Source: an uncultured Clostridia bacterium (GTDB lineage: Bacteria > Bacillota > Clostridia > TANB77 > CAG-508). From it: 64,000 bases of DNA. The notes under the pieces are model-generated. The model saw nothing but the letters and a program-made list of their open reading frames with translations, was not told the DNA's origin and made no database searches. Shown here in pieces: positions 57,471-64,000 of the stretch. The stretch lies in contig CALXQP010000020.1 in NCBI GenBank assembly GCA_944390695.1, forward strand, positions 1,789 through 65,788, written 5' to 3'. The position numbers were made by a program, and so were the translations under genes. Each line of letters starts with the position of its first letter. Within the stretch, counting starts at the first letter, position 1.

Positions 57471-59081
57471 TTAATATATTTTTAGTTTCTCTAGCACTTT
57501 ATAGATTTTCTCTCCTTTAGGCAACATGTAGATATCTTCTTTACTATAAATTTTTAATGCAAATACTGCTGCCAAATAAATAATTACAGCAAATATTATT
57601 GATATTATTGTTGCCATATTTCCCATATTTATTCCATTTAATAGTAAGAATAATGTATATGAACAAACTCCCATTATTCCAGTAGCTAAAAATGGTTTTA
57701 CAACAAATTTATTAAATGGTAAATCTAATTTTACATATCTCTTTAAAACATTAAATACAATTATAAATGCAACCATATGGCATGCAATTGAACCTATAGC
57801 AGCACCATAAACATTTAGTTCAGGTATTGGTAATAAAATTAAGTTTAGTACTAATTTTACTAAACAGCCTATACCTAATGCTATAGCAGGTATCATAACT
57901 TTTCCAAAACCTTGCAAAGCAGCATTTATTGTTTGGTCTAATATTGAAAATATTACAGAAACTGAAATCAATTGTAATAATAATGCACCTTCATTTGCAT
58001 TTGGATATAATAGATTAAGTATAGGTTGTGCAAATATTATCATTCCTATAACACAAGGTAAACCAATTAACATAGATGTTAATAGTGAAAATGATGTTCT
58101 TTTAGTTGCTGTTTCTCTATCTTTTCTTGCATTAGCCGCTGCAATTGCAGGTACTAAAGCTGTTGCAAATGCAATATTTATTGCAAGTGGTAAATTTGTT
58201 AAAGTATCAACTTTTCCACTTAATTGTCCATATAAAGTTGTTGCAATACTTGGATCCATATATGTACTCAAAGTCTTTTTAACTGTAAATGAATCAATAT
58301 TTTTATTAAAAGATGTCATTATTGAACTTAATGTTAATGGAATTGATACCATTAATATCTTTTTTACTATTGTTTTTACATTTTCATATTTATAATTTAT
58401 AGAATGTTCAATTTCATTTCCAATTTCTTTTCTTCTTACTCTATAATATATAAATAAATATATAAAACTTGAAAAAGTTGCAAGTGTTGTTGCAACATTC
58501 GCTCCTGCTGCCATCATTTCAGTTGATGTTGATGTTACAAATGCTACAATTTCTACAATAATAATTGTTAATCCTGTTTTAAATATTTGTTCTAATGTTT
58601 GTGCTCTTGCTGTTATCTTTAATGTCCTTCTTCCATTAAAATATCCTCTAAATACAGAAGATATTGATACAAAAAATATTGCTGGTGATAAAGCTATTAA
58701 TGTTAATTCTGCTTCTGGTATTTGAATCCAATCATATGCCATTGTATGAGCTCCAAAAAACAATATCATTGTTCCCACAGCTCCAATAGCTCCGAAAGTT
58801 GCAAGTGCAACTTTGAATATTCTATTTGCTCCTCTATTATCTCCTACAGCTAATCTTTCTGATACTAATTTTGATATAGCATTTTGAACTCCAATTGAAG
58901 ATATTGTTAATAATAATGCATATATCTGATATCCGCTTGCATATATAGCATTTCCAGCATCTCCAAATCCTTCTTTATTTGTCAAATATAATGTATATAT
59001 TAATCCTAATATTTTTATAGCAATTTGTGAAAACATTATTGTTATTACACCTTGCATAAATGTTTCTTTTTTTGCTGCCAT
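57471..59081 (-). CDS. spoVB: Stage V sporulation protein B-like polysaccharide/lipid II flippase (MOP/MurJ superfamily)
   Basis: 536 aa with roughly 14 TMs. N-terminal GNAIYASGYQIYALLLTISSIGVQNAISKLVSE matches SpoVB/MurJ family conservation. Confidence 0.7.
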   Translation of the reverse strand: MAAKKETFMQGVITIMFSQIAIKILGLIYTLYLTNKEGFGDAGNAIYASGYQIYALLLTISSIGVQNAISKLVSERLAVGDNRGANRIFKVALATFGAIGAVGTMILFFGAHTMAYDWIQIPEAELTLIALSPAIFFVSISSVFRGYFNGRRTLKITARAQTLEQIFKTGLTIIIVEIVAFVTSTSTEMMAAGANVATTLATFSSFIYLFIYYRVRRKEIGNEIEHSINYKYENVKTIVKKILMVSIPLTLSSIMTSFNKNIDSFTVKKTLSTYMDPSIATTLYGQLSGKVDTLTNLPLAINIAFATALVPAIAAANARKDRETATKRTSFSLLTSMLIGLPCVIGMIIFAQPILNLLYPNANEGALLLQLISVSVIFSILDQTINAALQGFGKVMIPAIALGIGCLVKLVLNLILLPIPELNVYGAAIGSIACHMVAFIIVFNVLKRYVKLDLPFNKFVVKPFLATGIMGVCSYTLFLLLNGINMGNMATIISIIFAVIIYLAAVFALKIYSKEDIYMLPKGEKIYKVLEKLKIY

Positions 59082-59464
59082 GCCCCCTCCTATCTATAAA
59101 ATTCTATGAATTATATTTATTTTTTATATCTTTTTTGTTATATAAAATAAATTTCATTTTTGAAGAAATTATTATATATAATAATTTTTAGCTGACAATT
59201 TTGAATATTTTTACGATCACAATAATTTTTAGTTGTTACTTTTACATTCACAATAATTTTCTAATGACAATTTTGAGATAATTATATATATAATTGTAAA
59301 AATTATCAATAACTTTTGCCAAATTTCTTGACAAATTCCACTTTTTGTACTAAAATTATTAAGTATTATGTTAGAATATGATTTAAATATGAAACTTCTC
59401 CCCGGTAGTTTTAGATTTAAATTTCATATATATTAAATTTAAAAGTAGGAGGGTAAATATTACC

Positions 59465-59899
59465 ATGAATAACGTTACATATAGTGCAAAAAAAGAAACA
59501 GTTGAAAGAAAATGGTATATAATTGATGCTGCTAACAAACCACTTGGTAGAGTTGCTACTGAAGCTGCTAGATTATTAAGAGGAAAACACAAACCAACTT
59601 TCACACCAAATATTGATACAGGAGATAATGTTATAATTATCAATTGCAAAGATGTTGTATTAACAGGAAATAAAAGAAATCAAAAAATGTATAGACAACA
59701 TTCAGGTGAGATTGGAGGAATGAAAGAAACTCCAGCTTCTGTAATGCTTGAAAAAAATCCAGAAAGAGCTATGACATTAGCTATTAAAGGAATGTTACCA
59801 CACAATTCTTTAGGAAGAAAAATGGCAACAAAATTAAGAGTATTTGCTGGAAGTGAACACAATCTACAAGCACAAAAACCAGAAATATGGAATTTTTAA
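59465..59899 (+). CDS. rplM: 50S ribosomal protein L13
   Basis: 144 aa. The [35 protein letters not shown] signature. Confidence 0.95.
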   Translation: MNNVTYSAKKETVERKWYIIDAANKPLGRVATEAARLLRGKHKPTFTPNIDTGDNVIIINCKDVVLTGNKRNQKMYRQHSGEIGGMKETPASVMLEKNPERAMTLAIKGMLPHNSLGRKMATKLRVFAGSEHNLQAQKPEIWNF

Positions 59900-59917
59900 T
59901 AAGGAGGAACTATTATA

Positions 59918-60319
59918 ATGGCTAAGTCAAATAAAATCGTATACATGGGTACAGGTAGAAGAAAAAGTTCAATAGCTAGAGTAAGATTAGTTGAAGGAAC
60001 TGGAAAAATAACAATCAACGGAAAAGATATTGAAGAATTCTTTAATTTAGAAACTTTAAAAGTTATTGTTAGACAACCATTAACAGTTACAAATACATTA
60101 GCAAAATATGATGTAATTTGTTCAGTTTATGGTGGTGGAGTTTCTGGTCAAGCTGGAGCTGTTAGACATGGAATTGCTAGAGCTTTAAATGAAGCTAACT
60201 CAGAATTCAGACCTGTTTTAAAATCAAATGGCTTATTAACAAGAGACCCACGTATGAAAGAAAGAAAAAAATATGGTATGAAAAAAGCAAGAAAAGCACC
60301 ACAATTCTCAAAAAGATAA
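59918..60319 (+). CDS. rpsI: 30S ribosomal protein S9
   Basis: 133 aa. C-terminal [27 protein letters not shown] signature. Confidence 0.95.
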   Translation: MAKSNKIVYMGTGRRKSSIARVRLVEGTGKITINGKDIEEFFNLETLKVIVRQPLTVTNTLAKYDVICSVYGGGVSGQAGAVRHGIARALNEANSEFRPVLKSNGLLTRDPRMKERKKYGMKKARKAPQFSKR

Positions 60320-60353
60320 TCTGCTTTTTTATCAAAATTTTATCAAACTTTAT

Positions 60354-60397
60354 CAAACCTCAGAAGTTTTATTCGAAACTTGTGAGGTTTTTATTTT
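60354..60397 (+). terminator. Intrinsic terminator of the rplM-rpsI operon
   Basis: Stem AACCTCAGAAGTT / AACTTGTGAGGTT followed by TTTTATTTTTGG. Confidence 0.6.
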
Positions 60398-60722
60398 TGG
60401 TTGTTCCCTCTCTGCTTTGTATCCTTTCTATCTCTTTTCTATTTCTTTTATTATATTAATGTATTATATTAATGGCTAAAAAATTTTAATCTTGAAAATA
60501 TTTTTATTTACTTATATAGAACTTAAAAATGAAAATTAAAATTAAAATTGAAATGAAAATGAAATTAAATAAAATATTAGTAATTGAATTTTTTATATTA
60601 ATATTCGATATTAATTTATTCTTCTTAAATTATTATTGATTACTAGCAGCTATGCTATGAATTAAATTTTTTTGAAAATTTAAAATTTTTGATCTAAAAT
60701 TTAAAAATATTTGACTTTTTTA

Positions 60723-63700
60723 TTAATTTTTATTGATTAAACATTTCGCAAAATTGGTATTTTGCGAAGCTATCTTCGTGAATGCTGGGCCAAGGTCTAG
60801 GGTGGTCATTGATTCTTCTCCACACATATGAAACATATAATTCATCTTTGTTACTTCACTCGTATCAAATTTATCCCCTAAGTCTAAACTTGTCATTGAT
60901 GTATATCCACAACTATAGAACATATTTGTCATATTTGTTACATTGCTTGTATCAAATTTATCTCCTAAGTCTAAACTTGTCATTGCTATAGCTCCACACC
61001 CATAGAACATATATTGCATATCCGTTACACTACTTGTATCAAAATTATCTCCTAAGTCTAAACTTGTCATTGCTGTATATCCACAACCATAAAACATATT
61101 ACTCATATCTGTTACACTATTTGTATTAAAATTAGGACCTAAATTTAAAGTTGTCATCGCTTTATTTCCACAACTATTAAACATAAAATTCATGTCTGTT
61201 ACATTGCTTGTATCAAAATTTTCTCCTAAGTCTAAACTTGTCATTGCCGTATATCCACAATTATAGAACATACTTTTCATCTCTGTTACTTGACTTGTAT
61301 CAAATTTATCCCCTAAGTCTAAACTTGTCATTGCTTTATATCCACACATAGTAAACATATAACTCATATTTGTTACATTACTTGTATCAAAATTATCTCC
61401 TAAGTCTAAACTTGTCATTGTAGAAAATCCACACTGAAAGAACATACTATCCATATTTGTTACATTACTTATATTTAGTAAATCTATGTTCACAATTACA
61501 TCTGTTGCTGTACAAGTATTAAAAAAACCTATATTTGAAAATAAACGACTTGAATCCGGATTAGCCTTTATTTCTCCTGAATCGGTTCCTATATATACTT
61601 GATATGGATTATTTCCCGTGTACCATGCCATTATTGAACCATCTTGTGTATCTGAAACATCCCATGCTGTACTATTTGCTCCTGCCGTACTATCTACAAA
61701 TGTTACTTTTTCAATGTACTGTCTCTGTAATGCTGTATTTCCTAGAAATGGACTTGTCATTGCTGTTTCTGTGTTTGTTGCTCTTAATGTTGCTTCTCTG
61801 TATATTGGGTTTATTCTTCCTAATACGCCTGAAACTGTTGTTGTCGAATTCGCATTTAGCTTAAATAGCTTTTGAGTTTGATATATATCTTCATGTGCAT
61901 ATATTGTGGTATTCGAATGACCACAATTTGTAATAAAATTTGTATGTTCAGTTGCTATATTCTTAAATTCTGGCCCTAGATCTAATACATTTAATGAACC
62001 ACTTCCGCAATAATAAAACATCTCACGCATATTTGTTACATTACTTGTGTCAAACTTGTCTCCTAGGTCTAGCATAGCTAAGTTCCCTTCACCACATCTC
62101 CAAAACATACCCTCCATATTTGTCACATTGCTTGTATCAAACTTATCTCCTAAACCGAACGATATCATTTTATATCCACAGTTACTAAACATATATCTCA
62201 TATCTGTTACTTGACTTGTATTAAACTTATCACCTAAACTAAAGCTCGTCATTTCATTCGTACCACAATTATTGAACATATATCTCATATCTGTTACATT
62301 ACTTGTATCAAAATTAGCTCCTAAGTCTAAGCTTGTCATTGCGTTCATTCCACAGAATTGAAACATACCAAGCATATTAGTTACTTTGCTAGTATCAAAA
62401 TTATCTCCTAAATCTAAATTTGTCATAGCTTCACGTCCACAATTATCAAACATAAACATCATGTTATTCACTTGACTTGTATTTAATAAATCTAGATTTA
62501 CTATTACATCTGTTGCTGTACAAGTACTTGCATAACCTATTCCATTAAATAAATAACTAGAATTTTGATTTGCTATTATCTCTCCTGAATCGGTTCCTAT
62601 ATATACTTGATATGGATTACTTCCTGTGTACCATGCCATTATTGAACCATTTTGCTCTACTGATACATCCCATGCTGTACTGTTTGCCCCTGATGTACTA
62701 TCTACAAATGTTATTTTTTCAATGTACTGTCTTTGCAATGCTGTGTTTCCTAAAAATGGACTTGTTCGTGATGTTTCTCCATTTGTTGCCATTAATGTGC
62801 CTGGCTCAGTAACTGATTCATACTCTGCAATTAATGTTGCACCTGTTGGAACCCTAATTGTTGTTGTAGAATCTTTTCCTGTTTTAAATAAACTGCTACT
62901 ATAATATATATCTTCTGATACATAAATATTGGGTGAATCACCACAATCCGTTATAAAATTACTATGACTTGATGCGATTTTGGTGAATTTGGGGCCTAAA
63001 TCTAAAGTAGTTATTCCTCCTTCTCCACAACTAGAAAACATGCTATTCATATTAGTTACTTTACTTGTGTCAAATTTATCTCCTAAGTCTAATGTTCTCA
63101 ATTCATTACCTGCAAACATCCAAAACATATAACTCATATTTGTTACTTCACTTGTATCAAATTTATCTCCTAAGTCTAATGTTTGAAGATCAGAGCATGC
63201 TTGAAAAAACATTTCACTCATATTTGTTACTTTACTTGTATCAAAATTGTTACCCAAATCTAAACTACTTCCACAGCCTAATCTATAAAACATTCTACTC
63301 ATATTTGTTACATTGCTTGTATTAAATTTGTCTCCTAAATCAAGACTCTCACAAGTAAACTCCTCAAACATAGCACTCATATTTGTTACTTTACTTGTAT
63401 CAAATTTTGAACCCAAATTAAAAGCCGTCCAGTCTTGTCCAAAATATCTAAACATGTAACTCATATTTGTTACTTTACTTGTATCAAATTTGTCTCCTAA
63501 ATCAAAATCATCTTCTACTGTTCCATATGTTCCACATTTGTCAAACATATATGCCATATCTGTTACATTACTTGTATCAAAATTAGGTCCTAGATTTAAA
63601 GTTTTTAAATCATAATATCCACATTGTTTGAACATTCCTCTCATATTTGTTACATTACTTGTATTTAGCAATTCTAAATCTATTACCATACTTGGATCAG

Positions 63701-64000
63701 CTGTAATTTCGTTGTACGGCCAATCTATATCATAAAACAAATATCTAGAATCTTGATTTGCATATATTTCACTGTCACTACCTATAGTTACATCATATAC
63801 CAAAAAAGTTGTTCCATCATCATAATCTTCTAGTCTTGTAGATTCATACCAAGCTAATATTGAACCATCTTGTGCCGCTGATACATCCCAAGCTGTATCG
63901 TCAGCATTTCGAGTACTGCTTACAAAATCTATAGATTGAACATATTTTCTCTCTATCTCACTATTTCCTAAAAAATAGCCTGTATCAAATTCATTTTTAG
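60723..64000 (-). CDS. Giant DUF285/BspA-like repeat surface protein (5' end lies beyond the window)
   Basis: Minus-strand frame is open from 60723 to the window edge. Dozens of roughly 23-aa units of the form DLGDKFDTSNVTNMSYMFYGCGY.AMTSL (DUF285 hallmark FDTS.VT.M..MF). These are interrupted by a roughly 150-200-aa module (…FLGNTALQRQYIEKITFVDSTSGANSTAWDVS…MAWYTGSNPYQVYIGTDSGEI…) present three times. Confidence 0.7.
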   Translation of the reverse strand, partial: KNEFDTGYFLGNSEIERKYVQSIDFVSSTRNADDTAWDVSAAQDGSILAWYESTRLEDYDDGTTFLVYDVTIGSDSEIYANQDSRYLFYDIDWPYNEITADPSMVIDLELLNTSNVTNMRGMFKQCGYYDLKTLNLGPNFDTSNVTDMAYMFDKCGTYGTVEDDFDLGDKFDTSKVTNMSYMFRYFGQDWTAFNLGSKFDTSKVTNMSAMFEEFTCESLDLGDKFNTSNVTNMSRMFYRLGCGSSLDLGNNFDTSKVTNMSEMFFQACSDLQTLDLGDKFDTSEVTNMSYMFWMFAGNELRTLDLGDKFDTSKVTNMNSMFSSCGEGGITTLDLGPKFTKIASSHSNFITDCGDSPNIYVSEDIYYSSSLFKTGKDSTTTIRVPTGATLIAEYESVTEPGTLMATNGETSRTSPFLGNTALQRQYIEKITFVDSTSGANSTAWDVSVEQNGSIMAWYTGSNPYQVYIGTDSGEIIANQNSSYLFNGIGYASTCTATDVIVNLDLLNTSQVNNMMFMFDNCGREAMTNLDLGDNFDTSKVTNMLGMFQFCGMNAMTSLDLGANFDTSNVTDMRYMFNNCGTNEMTSFSLGDKFNTSQVTDMRYMFSNCGYKMISFGLGDKFDTSNVTNMEGMFWRCGEGNLAMLDLGDKFDTSNVTNMREMFYYCGSGSLNVLDLGPEFKNIATEHTNFITNCGHSNTTIYAHEDIYQTQKLFKLNANSTTTVSGVLGRINPIYREATLRATNTETAMTSPFLGNTALQRQYIEKVTFVDSTAGANSTAWDVSDTQDGSIMAWYTGNNPYQVYIGTDSGEIKANPDSSRLFSNIGFFNTCTATDVIVNIDLLNISNVTNMDSMFFQCGFSTMTSLDLGDNFDTSNVTNMSYMFTMCGYKAMTSLDLGDKFDTSQVTEMKSMFYNCGYTAMTSLDLGENFDTSNVTDMNFMFNSCGNKAMTTLNLGPNFNTNSVTDMSNMFYGCGYTAMTSLDLGDNFDTSSVTDMQYMFYGCGAIAMTSLDLGDKFDTSNVTNMTNMFYSCGYTSMTSLDLGDKFDTSEVTKMNYMFHMCGEESMTTLDLGPAFTKIASQNTNFAKCLINKN
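60780..63990 (-). repeat. Macro-repeats (about 1.0-1.2 kb period, about 90% DNA identity) nested with 69-bp micro-repeats inside the DUF285 gene
   Basis: 61596-61760 versus 62604-62770 differ only at scattered positions. A third copy lies at about 63848-63985. Confidence 0.75.

Noticed and set aside
59383-59649. 88-aa minus-strand ORF overlapping the rplM start. An L13 leader structure was also considered upstream of rplM.
   Set aside because: The ORF is antisense to a highly conserved ribosomal protein gene. Upstream of rplM there are only direct, not inverted, GATTTAAAT repeats. There is not enough to call an L13 leader.

Overview
This 64 kb window is from an AT-rich, low-GC Firmicute chromosome, Clostridium-like and sporulating (ylbJ, ytfJ, spoVB, sleB and a DUF1540 gene are present). 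Most coding is on the minus strand. The housekeeping backbone is thrS with a T-box leader, ychF, tRNA-Gln, rpmE, scpA, smpB, fba, recN, uvrA, prkC/stp/rlmN, rnhA, tmcAL, glgP, holA, a glycogen debranching enzyme, yvcK-like, murB, an NfeD/SPFH pair, a CDF transporter, clpC, hup, spoVB and rplM-rpsI.

Two accessory cassettes stand out and share the same gene order: a 350-aa C-terminally anchored secreted protein, then a small TLITC-type sortase, then a large N-terminally anchored surface protein, then a small membrane protein.
- Cassette 1 (7153-12276) pairs a sortase-anchored, LPKTG-bearing cohesin-like protein with a dockerin-bearing peptidoglycan hydrolase (glucosaminidase-like plus SH3b) and a VanW protein. 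It looks like a cell-wall-tethered cohesin/dockerin autolysin module.
- Cassette 2 (35407-42310) carries a 1568-aa adhesin with DUF11, MucBP-like and von Willebrand factor A (VWA) domains, and a substrate protein with an atypical LPITY sorting signal.
- The window ends inside a giant DUF285/BspA-like repeat protein built from roughly 1 kb macro-repeats.

Non-coding signals:
- Five copies of a GC-rich dispersed intergenic repeat (core TTAATTTGGTGCCGGTTCTCTTTTTGCC) sit at gene 3' ends.
- A roughly 350-bp palindromic MITE-like element has 68-bp perfect inverted termini, with solo arms elsewhere.
- A consensus sigma-A promoter drives a multi-hairpin candidate ncRNA upstream of recN.
- A conserved roughly 65-nt leader lies immediately upstream of recN, clpC and a HAD hydrolase gene.
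- Several unannotated micro-ORFs were found.

No rRNA, CRISPR, transposase or prophage was seen.
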